A stretch of 54,715 bases of DNA, the filler included, from Basidiobolus ranarum (lineage: Eukaryota), in assembly GCA_040143965.1 (NCBI GenBank). It is 4 parts of 4 records of this genome, joined end to end, with 100 filler letters (N's around TTAATTAATTAA, not from the genome) between each part and the next. Parts side by side here need not be neighbours in the genome. Positions count along the whole stretch, not along the records: positions 13,721 to 27,330 come from JASJQH010007349.1; 3 more parts are not named here. The stretch is one strand, 5' to 3'. Below, piece after piece: positions 13,621-27,330 of the stretch. Position 1 is the stretch's first letter, and every line of letters begins with the position of its first letter. The position numbers and the translations under genes are program-made. The notes below the pieces were generated by a model, which had not been told where the DNA came from, ran no database searches, and was given only the letters and a program-made list of their open reading frames with translations.

Positions 13621-13720
13621 NNNNNNNNNNNNNNNNNNNNNNNNNNNNNNNNNNNNNNNNNNNNTTAATTAATTAANNNNNNNNNNNNNNNNNNNNNNNN
13701 NNNNNNNNNNNNNNNNNNNN
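13621..13720. other. Artificial contig-join spacer (N44-TTAATTAATTAA-N44)
   Basis: 100-nt N run with a six-frame stop linker; PMA1 is cut at this point. Confidence 0.97.
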
Positions 13721-13954
13721 GTAACCTGATACGGTGTCAATATGATATGGAGAACAGGTTTGTCCTGATTCTGTTCATGTTGGTGCCAACATTAACGGAG
13801 TTTCGATGATTTTCACCAAAGTAGAAAATGATAGCTGTATACTGAGCAACAAGTTCACACTCGCTTACATTTCTGCCATTTAGTGGAGCTATATAAGACT
13901 AGGAAGGCCTCTGATCAAGTATCAACTCATTCATCCAAGCCAACAAGCTTCACC

Positions 13955-15381
13955 ATGAGACTACTCTTAGCTACACTCGCTGCTACTTGCCTCACCAGTG
14001 GCATCTCCAGTAAGCCCATCCTGGATAGCAATCCCCATCTTGTTGGCTTTAGTGGCACTAATGGAGTCTGGAACCATACTGTTCCTTCGAATCTGCCTGT
14101 AGTTGTAAAGCCTACACCTCGCGTCGCAACTCCCATAGCTGCTCCGAAGGTTGTGCCCATCAAGGGAGCCAAGGTTGTAACCTACATCGATTACCAGCGT
14201 ACTTGGGGCCAGTCAGGTGCTGACTATGGCGTTCCAGGAACAGTCCCCAAGAACTCCTACAATGTGGTGAATCTTGCCTTCTGGCTATCCTATGGTGCCT
14301 ATGATGCTGCTTACACCTGGACACAACTGGATGCCGCAACTCGTCAAAGCTATATTGACTCATTCCATGCTGCCGGAGTGAATGTCCTGGTCAGTGTATT
14401 TGGCTCGGCTGAATGGCCCGTTACAGGCTATAAAGATCCTGTCGCCACGGCCAACAACTTGGCTGCCTTCATCAAAACATACGGACTTGATGGAGCGGAT
14501 GTTGACTGGGAGGATAACAATGCCATGTTAGTAAAAATCATGATCAAACATATGCATACACACATATATTCACATTTACATTTACATACACACAATGGTC
14601 AAGCATTCACTAACCAAATATTGATATGATTCTTTGATAAATAGGGAGGCCGGTACTGGTGAGAAATGGTTGATCTCTTTCCACAATACCCTTCGTGCCG
14701 CTCTTCCAAGCCCATACATCATCACTCACGCTCCACAAGCCCCCTACTTCTTTGTCAATCCCAAACAATATCCTAATGGGGCATATAATGCAGTTCATAA
14801 AGCTGTGGGTAGTACCATTGATTGGTACAACGTCCAATTCTATAACCAAGGCACCACCAAATGTAAGTGCGAGATCAGATACAATCTATCTTTATGACAT
14901 TAGACTAATCCGAGTCACTCTCTTCTCACCTCTCTCCAGATGATACCTGTGATACTCTCTTGAACAAGTCAGACGGATTCTTCAACGGGACTTCACTTTA
15001 CGAGATTGCCAACAATGGATTCGGGATTCCAGCCAACAAGCTCATCATTGGGAAACCCGTGACTCCAGCCGGTAATGTTCTTCTTACACTTGAATTCACC
15101 CTCTTCTATTCCGAACTCGACATAGATTGACATAAATTCCAAATTTCAGGCGCCTCCAATACCGGATACATGGATGTCTCTCTTCTAGCCAATTGTCTCA
15201 AACAAGCAAAATCGAAGGGATGGAATGGTGGAGCCATGGTAAGTGTCCATCTATCACCTCAGTTTATAACTGACCATAAAGAATTTCTCTGATGCTTCAA
15301 TAAACTTGATATTAGGGCTGGCAATACTCTCTAGATACTAGCGGTACTTGGAGTAACCAATTGGCTTCCGCTTTGCAGTAA
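13955..15381 (+). CDS. Secreted GH18 chitinase-like glycoside hydrolase, 5 exons
   Basis: Signal peptide MRLLLATLAATCLTSGISS; catalytic LDGADVDWE (DxxDxDxE); ITHAPQAPYF, IDWYNVQFYNQG, IIGKP, WNGGAM|GWQY. Introns at 14527-14644, 14863-14939 and two more downstream; stop TAA 15379-15381. Confidence 0.93.
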
Positions 15382-16345
15382 CCATGAAGCGCCTCTAAGT
15401 GACTTCCTCTAATCGACTTGATCAGTGATTTGATTTCGAATAAATTTAGCAATCACTAGTAATTTCTCAATATATATCCCATCTCAATCTTTATCGGATT
15501 GAAAAAATATTTATGGCTAGCCTTGGAAATGACGAAGTTAATGATCGTTCAGCCCAACTGAATAGTGGTGAGTAGTGGTGAATGGTAAGGTAGGTAACTA
15601 TGATTAAGTGCAGAATACATGTTCACCAATGAGTCTGGGGTGATAGCCATCATTGTTTCAACACTATCCCATTTTCACCAAATGTTTATGGTTTTTATGC
15701 AAGACAAGAAAAGTCTCAGTCACCAACTGCAATCTGTCCATTCACAGCATTTCAAGAATTTTATAATTATTCGGACATTCCAGATCATTCTAAATATATT
15801 CGAATGGTGGTATTTCTTTCAAAAGTAGTTGAAACATATCGCTTCCGATCAGGACTGTCTTTATTTGCCTTTATTTTAAACTGAACAATGTTGATTACTA
15901 AAACTTTGAAACACTGTTGGACTTTACGTGGAATCTTCGTTTTCTTCTCCTACGTGAGAGACAACCAATTAGGTCATATGAATACAGAGTTAATGCGACA
16001 ATCATATCATTTTCACCCTGCCCCTTGTACCCTTGTACCACTCTCACAGAGATCTTGTGTTTCCTGACCAAAGCTGAAGCAGAAAAGGGATTACTGGTGG
16101 CTTCTATCCAATCAAACTTGTCTAGTCCTATCTATTAGCTGACTGTCCACCTAGTGATACTTCTCTTTCCTCTCTTCTACTAACTAGTGAAACGATTCTT
16201 TAAATTCAAATTAGAAAGGGGATTTTGAAATAGTCAGATACAAGCTAAACTCACCGCGGCCTTATTTTATGTCTCTATAGTTGGTTGTGTTGTATCCCTA
16301 ATCCCTTCAAGTCTAAGTTGACTTGTTTCTGTCACTACTTTGATT

Positions 16346-17277
16346 ATGCAACCTGCTTTTATCGCTTTGTTTAATATTTCTCCACAGGCTACATTCTCTT
16401 ATGCATCAGAATCTGTATATGATGTACTTGGATATGAGCCTATGGAAATACTAAATAAGAATTGGGTCGAATTTTATCACCCAGACGAAGTTGGCTCTAT
16501 TATGGGTTTATTTCTTGCTAATATTCGTGACGACGTCTTCGGTGCGGTTCTTACTTGTCGGATGCGCCATAAAAGGGGTCACTACATTCCAGTGGAGATT
16601 GCGGGGGTTATATGTTACGACGTTGTGGTTTGTGTATTTCACTTACAAGAATCTACAGAAGTAGCAAGAATGAGTGAGTTGGTTGTATATAACACCATTA
16701 ACTTTTTAACGATACTTATATGAACTTTAGTTCACTTTTACAGCCCTGTCCAACGAACACTAATCAAGTATCAAGTCTCATATGTAAGTTCAACAATATT
16801 TGATCAAAATTCACCTAGAGCTCCAACTCAATAACTCTAACGCTCACGTAGGATCAATACCATCGTGTAATGTCACTACCTGATGCACGAATGGAAGAAT
16901 GTGGAGAAATCACCCTAGAACCTCGAATATGCTTAATTATAGATCGTTTCACAAAACAGCACATCATTCAATACGCTTCCCAAGCAACCAATTTTCTTTT
17001 GGGATATGAAGCTAGTGCGATGATCGGAACACCGCTTTTGAAGTATGTAGCTGAACAAGACATTTCACTAGTTCGTGATATGCTGCTTGCAAGTAAATCC
17101 AAACTGAAGCTTTACCGATTCATGTTTACCTTTAAAACATTGCTTTTTGGTGAGATTCCGATGGAGGCTATTAGTTGTAGTGGTAGCGAGAGTTTAGTAT
17201 TAACACTAAGGATAGACCCACGGATGTTGTTTCTACATGACGAAGATTCAGAAGCAGGCTCCATATGTGGTGTATAG
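16346..17277 (+). CDS. Tandem PAS-domain protein without an evident output domain, 3 exons
   Basis: PAS1: FSYASESVYDVLGYEPMEILNKNWVEFYHPDE...CRMRHKRGHYIPVE. PAS2: EPRICLIIDRFT...IQYASQATNFLLGYEASAMIGTPLLKYVAEQD. Confidence 0.82.
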
Positions 17278-17819
17278 TTCACATTTCAGGTTGAATGGGC
17301 TTTCATTGATTTTAAATATCGATAACTTACAAATGAGCACCATCCATATCCACAAATCCACATTTTATTCACCATTTTTGTAATATATTGGCTTTATTTT
17401 CTGAGGTTACTTGAATTCTCCTATATTTATTGTATCCCAGTGTAAAAATTTCGTGCTCAACTTATTGCCTTCAAAGAGGCCAAATATATACAAATGTTTT
17501 TCTACGGAAAACCCCTCCATCTGAAACATACCTAAATGCTACTATCAGTTGGAATGCCTGTCCAACATAACTAAAAAGAAATTACAATATCACCAAACCA
17601 GGTACTAAATGGAGCAGTATGAAGCAAATCAATGTGTACAATATTATGAAAATCATTGATCGGTGTCTGATTTTGTGTGGTTAGTAGTCTAATATCCATA
17701 TATACTCGAGCTAGCTTACCCATCTGTTGTCAAGTTAACCTCAGAATTATTTAGGATATTTACTCTTTTGAATATTCCCTACTTCTCCTTGCATAGACTT
17801 AGCTTTGGGCTTTTCACCT

Positions 17820-19072
17820 ATGACCCGTTCTTTCTCTTTGGTTTCCGCCCATTCAACTGATATTGGAAATGTTGCCGTTCAGGTACTAAATGTGTATTTG
17901 ATTTATCAACCTTTACACGATTAGTGCTACCACTTTCTCTTATTCATTTACCCACTGACTTATTTTTCTTTGTTAATAGCAAGATGACGCACTAATTATC
18001 GACTCACTGTTCGATTCTGAAACTAGCAACTTGTACGCTGTATTTGATGGTCATGGTTCATATGTAACTCATATCTTACCTGTCATTATCACTTAGCAGT
18101 AAATAATCTTATTCAAATACAGGGACATTGTTGCTCACGTTTCATAAAAAATACGCTTACTCAGCTTATTACCGCACATAAGGAAGCCCTCGCTCAGAAT
18201 ATAGAAAACACCTTGACTCAGTTATTCGAAATAGCCAATAATCTGTTAGATGAAGAAACCGCTATTGACACTTATATTAGTGGTTCTACTGCAGTAGTAG
18301 TACTGGTTTTGAATAACAAGTTAGTGGTAGTTAATCTTGGTGATAGTCGGGCTGTATTAGCGAAGGAAACCAGTCAAGGACTTCAAGCAGTCCCTCTATC
18401 CGAGTATGTTGACTATACTACGGTGTTCATTAAATGTAGATATTTAACTGATTTGAATAGGGATCATACATGTGAAAGTCCGACTGAACTGGAAAGGGTA
18501 AAAAGCCGTGGGGCACGCGTAGAACAACTTCAAATTGGCAAGGATTTTTGTGGTATGCATAGATTTTTATTACAATGGGGAATATTCCAAGTCAAAAATT
18601 CATCAAGATTACATTATTATATAGGGCCCCTTCGAATCTTCAAAGGTTCCTTACCGTTTCCTGGGTATGTTAATCCAAATATCGATAAAAACAACAAATT
18701 GTTAATTTCTTCTTTGCGATATAGATTAGCAATGACTAGAGCTTTCGGTGATTCTTCAGGTATGATTATCATACTCCTACAATGTTTATTCTCTTTTTAA
18801 TTGGTCAAACAGCTCGAAGACTCGGTGTATTGTGTCAACCGGAAATCAAAATTTACGATATACAGCCAGAAGACAAATTCTTGATAATAGCAACCGATGG
18901 GGTATGGCAAGGTGTTTCAAATCAAGATGCAGTTAATATAGTTGGAAAATATGGGCCAAGTCAAGTCCAAGAGGCCACTACTCACTTAACCCAATTCAGT
19001 CTAGAAGCTCAGAAAAAAGCGGATTTTGATGATAACACCACCAATATTTGCATTTTCTTCAAACGTAGTTGA
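17820..19072 (+). CDS. Protein phosphatase 2C (PPM family), multi-exon
   Basis: Spliced motifs: STDIGN..Q|QDD, YAVFDGHG, SGSTA, NLGDSRAV, DH, LAMTRAFGD, FLIIATDGVW, DDNTT. The start ATG at 17820 is inferred. Confidence 0.92.
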
Positions 19073-19589
19073 TTCTAGTGGATGCTTAATGAAAAATAGC
19101 ATCAATTTGTTGAAGGCAACTATCTGTTTACAAATCTCACGGTTTTCATGATATAACCATTTATTAGAATGTAAAATATTTCTTTTCATTACTTGATTGA
19201 CTCTTGTTCTTGTTTATGGATATAAAGATTCCTAACAAAATACTATCCATTTGATGCGCTACTCTAGCTCTCCACCATCAAAGGGGTTAGGGTTAGAGAT
19301 GCTGGTTGGGATTATTCAGGCTACATAAACTTAGCCAGGTATCTTTGAGGATTTAATCGTTTGACATGAGGGATAACCGAATCTATGCAATATTTGTATA
19401 GTGATTGGATTAATGGCATGGTAAATGATGCTTGATGTGCGAGTGATAGGCGAGTGAGGATAATATTGTATGGAAAACTAGTAAGATTACATTTTTGATA
19501 GTGGAGATGAGTAAATTAATGGATATAGATATGTGGATGATAAACTAGAGATTGTGAGGGTGGATTAGGTGGGAAGAATCGTAGGAACT

Positions 19590-22284
19590 TTACAGTTTTA
19601 ATTTATGTAGCATCTGTTGACAGACGTTTTTGTACTCCCATGGATGGCCAGATAGTCGTCGAAATTGCAGACCATGAAGTCCTAATAGCCACGGCATTTT
19701 GACTACTGAAATTTGAAATTTAACAGGACTGGATGTACCATTGGCGCCTTGACATTCAGAAGTAGCAGCGGATGCGCCACTTTGCAAAGTATTATCATCA
19801 GGAGTACCTTTGTGGCTTTCAGTTGCGTAAGATGTGATATTAGCTCCATCTTGTCCATGAGATTCGGCGGACTCAGCAGACAAAGAAGAACAAGCGTGAT
19901 CTGAAATTGTAGATGGTTTTGATCCCTCCAATGGCCAGTCTTTTTGAGTGCACTCAAAGTACCCAGAATCTTCACGCCATGAATAACCTAAATCACCCAG
20001 TACCCGAATAATGTCGGCCCGGATAACACTTGACTTTTTGGTACTCGTAGTTGCCACCGAGAATAGCCCTTTCAAGAAAACCGGCTTCACATGAAATTCA
20101 GTAGAATTATGAGTGATGGATTTAGGTTTAGCTTCCCCCGACTTTCGAGAATGCGTAGGTAGCCACATCAACATTGATCTTCTTTTTGACGATGTGGCTG
20201 ATTTTAGAGATTGATCATTATCTGCTCTATTTTGTACATGCGTGTCTAGATTTTTGGAGACAGGTGAATTATCAGTGCTATCCCGGTTAGGATTATTTTC
20301 AACAGTAGAGACTTCCGGAATAGTGTTCAAATGTTGCTCTGTATCGATATGTTGACTATTTGTACTATGACGATGTCCTCGACCAGATTTCATAACTTGA
20401 CTAAGCCTCCTTAATACGCCTCCAGTAAAGCTCTGGCTTCTTTTGGGTCTTAATGATTGTCTAGTTGGGGTAGATGCTGTTGATTGACTACGTATATATT
20501 CAGGGGCATCATTTGGAGATACAGGAGGGAAATAACCTGCAGCAGCTTTTCGAATTTCTGCCAGGCCAGTCTCGTAACTTACTGGCACACATTGATTATC
20601 AGGTGTTGTTTGTTTGGCATTAATAGGTAGAGGATTCGAAGTGATATGGGATGCAATATAGCTGTTGCCGGACTTCTCTTGCTGAATTCTCTCAAGATTT
20701 AGCTTCTCTTGGGCAAGATAATAAATAGATACCAATGGATGATTTATGGCTTTTGCTTCAGTAGTTATACTCTTCTTAAAGTAACCACCAAATGATCTAG
20801 GGAGTTTGAATGTTGAGCTCTGAACTATCTGATTCTGATAAGATTCACTGCCAACGATCTTTTCTAACTCTTCCCTGATGTGATTCTCATCTCCAAATTC
20901 AAAGCCTGACATTCCTCTTATAATATCCATGTTGAGTGGGAGCTGCAGCGGCGGTCTATGAGGCAAGTAACTGTTTGGTGGACCATCGTAGCCTTTGCTA
21001 ATCCAAGGATGTTGTAATATCTCAGTCATGGTGGCACGTTGAGAAGGATTGGTGACAAGCATCCTTGAAATAAGATTCTTACAATCTTGAATCAAACATT
21101 GGTTAACAATACAAATCAAATGGAGCAAATTCAAAATCGAATAAATACCTGAACTTAACCATGTTGGATATTCAATATGACCACGTTTGATTTTAGCATG
21201 TAAAGCTGGTTGATTCTGATCATCAAATGGGACTCTGCCACATACTAGTACGTAGAGAACAATTCCAATACTCCAAATATCCACTTCAGGCCCAGTGTAC
21301 GCCTTTGCGCTTAACAACTCGGGAGCAGCAAAATATAAAGATCCACAAAAGGTAGATAGATGGGAACGCGTAGAGTACAGATTGGAGAGTCCAAAGTCGA
21401 TTATCTTAATAGTTCCATCATCAGCAATTAGGATATTCTCAATCTTTAAATCTGTGTGGTATGTGAATTAGATAGGCGCAATAAGTATCTCTGTCTCAAT
21501 AATAAATACCTCTATGGACAATCGAATTCAGATGGCAATAGTCTAAATCATACAAACATCATGAGTTTCCATGTAAATCCGTGAACTTGCTTCAATACTT
21601 ACCAATTGCAGAGCATATTTGTCTCGCAAACTTTCTTGCATGCTTCTCTTTGAGTCTTCCATGACTGATTATATAATCAAGCATTTGCCCACCACTGACA
21701 TACTCCATAATCAAATAGTAATGACGTGGTCGGATAACAACTTCCTTCATTTTGACGATATTAGGGTGACTGAGTAAGGACATAATAGCAGCTTCTCGAA
21801 CGATCCTGACTTCCTTGTTTTCGTCTTTATTGTGGGACTTATGCTTCCCTCCGTCTGAAGGAATGCGTGGGATGATTTTTATCGCTGCCTATGATAAAAC
21901 AGTTAAGCTATTAGCTTGATCAAATCAACCATGTACCACGAAAGAAGATATTCAAATGTAAAGAGCTAGAGAACTCACCTTCTCTCCTGTTATATCGTGT
22001 ATACCCAACTTCACTTTACCCATACTTCCAGCTCCCAAGGTTTTAATGAATTGATATTTACTAATGGCCCTTTTGGAACTGTTGGAAGATTGACCAGTTG
22101 TTGAATCATTATGAGAACTGGCTTGACTAACATCGCTTGGTTCGGTTTGTTCTTGTTTTTTGAGTATTTCAACCGAAGGCGCGTATTGCGGAGAGTTTTC
22201 ACGTTCCTCTTGTGGCGAAATTAGATGGCCACTATCTTGTTTGGGCAAATTCGGATTGGAGTCAAATACTCGACGGTGAGGCAT
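19590..22284 (-). CDS. KIN1: KIN1/PAR-1/MARK Ser/Thr protein kinase with C-terminal KA1 domain, multi-exon
   Basis: LGAGSMGKVK, HRD|LKIEN, IDFGLSN, TFCGSLYFAAPELL, YTGPEVDIWS, VKPVFLKGLFSVATTSTK; KA1 segment FQISVVKMPWLLGLHGLQFRRLSGHPWEYKNVCQQMLHKLKL. Confidence 0.95.
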
Positions 22285-23277
22285 TTATTCAATAATTCAC
22301 AATAAAATAAATAATAATACAGTGGTAGGGGGCTTTCAAAAGGTGGCTTGATAGAAAGAAAAAAATAAGTTCAAGTAAGCTTCAGTGAGAGAAATAGAAA
22401 GACTTGATGATATTGGAAATTTTATGTACTAAAGTGTATGTTCATCTATTTGTTCGAGATTTCCATGACTTTTTAAGCCACGAAGTGAATCAATTTGTGG
22501 CCTTAATTTTTTGGAAAAATCTCCCTGGCACTCGTATATTCAACCCATCGCTTAAAAAGTCTAAATCTATATTGATCTTCAACATCGCACCACATGTTGA
22601 GTTAATTCGAGCACATAATGACTATGTTATTCCTTTCCATAGAAGAGTTAATCAAGCCATTAGAATCTGGTTACTAATTCTGATGACTGTATTTATTTTT
22701 AAATTGTTACCATCAATAACCGTTGTGTAAATAATCTCGTTCGTATGGATCTTGATAGACCAATAATAAACGAACGCTTTAGTGGCCTCATAATTGTGCC
22801 TTTTCTTTAACGCAATTAGTTGTGGTTGAAAGCAGGGCCTAATGTTCTCAGAAGCAATGTAGAAGGAAATAAAAGCTCTAATCAAATGTGTCATTGAAGT
22901 TTGATCTTAGAAGTCTCCTGCTTTACATATACTATGCAAAGAGTAGATAAACCCAGGTTGGGAAAACTATATTCCAACGGCAACGTGAAACAGAAGAAAC
23001 TGACATATTCTGAGATTTTCGAAATTTTCACGTGTAGAAAGTTTTCATGAAGAGCTAATTTTCGTAAGAGATATATGGTATTAAGGGGATTCTCAGAGGA
23101 CTAAGAATGTATGCTTCAGTTGGTGGAATCTTTCTAAGCCAAAAATTCAATAAATATTTTATTTGGTTGTAATAAAAGTAGCCTTTTAATAACTGTACAA
23201 ATTCCTCTCTATATTGCTGCTCATTAACTTTGGAATTTCTTAACCGAGGCGCAAATGTAGCTCAACCAATAACTACA

Positions 23278-23726
23278 TTATGTACCCATGACTGCAAAAT
23301 GTTCTAAAGCAGAATCAAAGTCTTTTTCTAAAGATTCGTATTCTTTGACTTCCTTCTCACGTTTTAACGCTATTTCTTCTTTGGTCGCCTATAAAGTGAA
23401 ATAAAATTGTTTGTTTAATTCATAAGTACTAAGTATATCTATCAGGTGATAATTACCTTCTTATTCTCGGTGCCAAAACTGTAAACTTCTCCTATGAGAC
23501 CATTTAATTCTTCACGTAAGCTGGAGTCCCGCTCCTTATTTTTAGTCTTTTTTCCTGACTTTGTTTTGCTTGGTGTATTAGATACACTCAGAGAAGAAGC
23601 TCCGCGGGTAGGTGTTTGAAGACCTTTAGAAGAACCAGTTAATTTAGCTGGAGATGCATAAGGATGGTGCTTAACCTTGGAAGGTGTTTTGATTTGAGAT
23701 TTTTTTTTGGTATTCGCAGGTGGCAT
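23278..23726 (-). CDS. Small Lys/Ser-rich hypothetical protein, 2 exons (~125 aa)
   Basis: Exon 1 MPPANTKKK...KHHPY...GTENKK ends at a gtaatt donor. After acceptor ttatag, exon 2 reads ATKEEIALKREKEVKEYESLEKDFDSALEHFAVMGT* in frame. Confidence 0.7.
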
Positions 23727-25751
23727 AGTGGTGGGTAGAGAAGCGATGCCTCGTTAAACCAACAATTTTTGGTTTTACCAAATTTTTGTTCAAATGGACG
23801 CAGTAAAGAATTTCACAATAAAATCAAGTCAGACGGAATTTTTTTTTGATCACCAATGTTGCAATTGCAGCACAATAAGCAATACAACATATTCTGGAAT
23901 GAAGGTTACCATTGGTTTGATCTCAGTAACCTTACATACACTCACGTTATTTACGTTAGAGATGTATGGTAAAATAGAGATTAAGAGGCGCCAGCTCAGT
24001 GTCACCATACTGGGCATTCGTTGCCCTAATTCGCTGCATAGTAGCCCACTTTGAAGCACAAAAATTGGTCAAAGGGATGCGTAAGTTGACTGTAACATTG
24101 GTGTAATATGATTAAAGGCTGGAGTTTTAAAAATGGGACTGAACACCATTATGGGCTAATTGGAGTGTGTTCTTTACAATATGCTTCGTCAGCTGTTGGA
24201 TAGGATAAAAAGTAGGAATCTTCGACGCTTCCGCACAGAAAACATCGGCCATTTCTTACATACACACTCTTGACATCGTCATAGTGGTGACTAAATGAAC
24301 ACTCTCCAAGTGTGACATGACCAAGTGACGTAAAGTTGCTTGACTGCCTTCGCCAAGGCTTATCATTCCTTCTTTATGCCCCTATCCTGATAGGTTGATC
24401 TGTCAAGTGACATGAGCTTACCAGTGTTGATTCCAGACATCAATCGAGTACATGTACCATTTAGTTGTTGTACGGAGCAAGTCCTGACAAGAGAACAAAC
24501 AGGTTCAGAATCATTGGATACATTGAGTGGATTTGGGTGTCTTTGGGTGATCTTCGACAGAGTCTGATTCCTTGTGTTGTCCGACCGATCAATGATCAAT
24601 ATTGAGGGATATTACTGGATACGGGTGAATTGGATCTGGATTTCCATTCATAGTTTAGCATTCAATTTAGGTTATCAATGAAAAATGATTAAGTAGAGCA
24701 AGAATCAGATACGATTTTCAGGTCTGTACTCCAGCTCCAGCCCCAGCTCTTGTTCAGATTGTCAGACTGCTAGTTCGAGGAGTTCCTGTTTTACTTGGCA
24801 GCAAGAATTTGATTTACATGAACTGGGACTGGTTCTACATAACAATGCAAAATATCCCTCAGAGCAGTGTTTTGGATAGCGGAAGCTATAAATACAATGG
24901 CTAAAGTAGAAACGGTGCCGAACGACTCACAGAGTAGAACAAGCCCAATAACGATACACCAGTTTTAGAGATAATAGCATATATACGAACATCGATAGTG
25001 ATACAGTAATTTTAAGGAAAGTGTGATAAGACGGTTTCAAGATGTGGCCCAATAGTAATAAAATCCAGTCAAACATCATATACTGAGTTCAATCAGTGTC
25101 CATTCTAGCCACACCCTAACTGGTATTAGCTTTGTTCAAGAGTTGAGTCAGTAGCGGTTGCTTCCTAGGAGCTTGCTAAGAGCTTGCACCACCAGTGTAA
25201 TCAGGGGGCAGAGGGAGTATTGTTTGCCTGAAGAAGAGAATTTACCCTAGTCGAAAGTCGGTTCCCTTTCCTGAATAAGCATTATTGTTTTCTCCAATGT
25301 AATCAGAGAAATGCCGGATTGTGTGAAACTGTAACCAAAGATCTAGCGATGTGAAGTGGCGGAAATTACGGAAATCTAGTTCTAAATGGGATTCTTACAC
25401 ACTGCTGATTTTGTAACTTTTGATTCAAATAAAACCATTCTAATAAAACTAATATTGCCAATGCGGATTGGTTGTTATTCGATCATTTCTACTAATCAAG
25501 ACTGGCGAGCACACCCATATCTCATTTTGGTGATTCGGTTGATGACACCCGAGATGGTTCCAATTTATGTATAAAAGAAGATATCTCTGGTCATCTCTGA
25601 TCAAACCGTTATTATTGTGTCTGCTTTTTTACGTGCATCCTCTCTTGTTTTTGTATTTCTTGACCACATTTGCTTTCTTTCAAGCCGTTTCTTGTTGATA
25701 ATTCTCCACATATTCGGATATATATATATATTTAATCAGTTACTACTGTAA

Positions 25752-26675
25752 ATGATGGAAATTCTTCATACACGCAAGGCTAGTCTGCCTAATTTCAAGT
25801 CTTTTCGTAATCACAATGTAGATTTTTTCTATCAACGGAGGAGTAGCCATTGTCCTACCTCTTCCGCACCTGTGCCGATTCCCATACAACAGCGTAAAAC
25901 GAGCGCACCAACAATACTAGAGGATGTTTTCCAATCGGATTCACGAGCTATGAGCGTCTGCTCAGACGCCCAATCCCTAGTTGCTTCACCAAGTCGACGC
26001 GGTAGCATGAGTACGCGTAGTGGGTTGGATGACAATGCCATACTGGTGGAGTTTGTTAATCCTAGTGACCTTCGTTGTTGCCCTTATCTGGTCTTCTCAC
26101 ATCATTCACATAATTTTGGAGATGAACAGGTGCATACTGCTACTGAAGATACAAGTGAAATGAAGTACTTCCCATTGTCAATCCCAATCAATCCTCGCAC
26201 TCACCATATCATTGAGGTATATCAGCTGAATGATAAGCGCATTCTGATTGTCATTGAGAACTACTGGACAAAGTGTACCGAGATATACCTGGATTCTATC
26301 AAGAACATCATCCGTTTGATCAACCTGAAGCTTCCCTTTATCACTCTTAACACCCAGTGCCATCTTACAACATTGAACCAAGTCAAGGGGATGTTGGCTC
26401 TATATGACATAATCGGGAATGAGGTAAGATTGATTGCTCTACTCTCATGCAAGACATAGTTATTCACATTTCTTCATTGACAGTTGTTTATAGTATCTTA
26501 CACCAACGGAGCCAAGCTCCCATTGACCTCAATCTCTCTCAAGCAGTACACAGCAAATAATCAAATGAAAGTGCGAAATATCTTGTTTATATTGGGCACG
26601 AATGAGTTGTGCTTTGCAGAGTCAACAGGATCGTTGAAAATGTTTGACTTGGATCAGCACCTATTTCGTACTTGA
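25752..26675 (+). CDS. Hypothetical protein, 2 exons; C-terminal half resembles a beta-rich segment of giant fungal VLIG/GBP-like GTPase proteins
   Basis: Exon 1 25752-26423 (GAG|gtaaga) and exon 2 26484-26675 join in frame. Motifs VYQLNDKRILIV...TEIYLD...PFITLN...KGMLALYD and ILFILGTNELCFAESTGSLKMFDLDQHLFR. Confidence 0.7.
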
Positions 26676-27330
26676 AGCCCCATCGTAGTCCTTTGTATAT
26701 TCTCCAACCATTTTCATCTATTCACGCCACTTACATACGGAACTCTTTACCATATCCATTCTTGACTAAGCACTAATTGTATTGTCTCATATCGTTTGTA
26801 TTTCTCTCCAACTCTATTTCTTCTTTGGCATACCCAATTCCTTCCTATTCGCTCCTTTTTTTAGCACCATTCACGGGATGGAATTTGTACATAAAATTAT
26901 TCATTGATTCCTCTGTTTAGTAAGATTCATGTGATGAGTTGGATAATCTGGATGTGGAATATGGCTTGATGTGCCCATTTTGGAAATGCTGGATTATATT
27001 TCATCCTCCCATATTTCATCCTCTCGTAGGCTTATGAGGTTCCCTAAATAATGAAACGATGTTATCTATTAGGGATGCCTGCATCATATATAGGAAATGA
27101 GATTTGTGACCATGTTGCTATAACCACTTGACAGAGACAAGAGCAAATGAGTTTGAATTGTGGTCATTATATTATATACTGGATTCATCATTCCCTGTGG
27201 TTGTATACGTATAACGATCTCTTTACTGAGCCAGGGATGAAGTGTGAATGATATCATTAAAAACCTTGTTCATTCATGTTCGAGTCATTTAATAGATTAA
27301 ACACTTGAAAGTTGTCAACAAAATCATAAT

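Noticed and set aside
13665-13676. TTAATTAATTAA recurring three times as a possible regulatory or repeat element
   Set aside because: Always centred in 100-nt N spacers; it is an artificial linker.
14545-14600. CA/TA-rich tract translated as HMHTHIYSHLHLHTH
   Set aside because: Microsatellite-like sequence inside chitinase intron 1, not a His-rich metal-binding peptide.
21088-21148. Odd hydrophobic insert GIYSILNLLHLICIVNQCLIQ in the KIN1 kinase domain
   Set aside because: An in-frame GT-AG intron read through by the ORF track.
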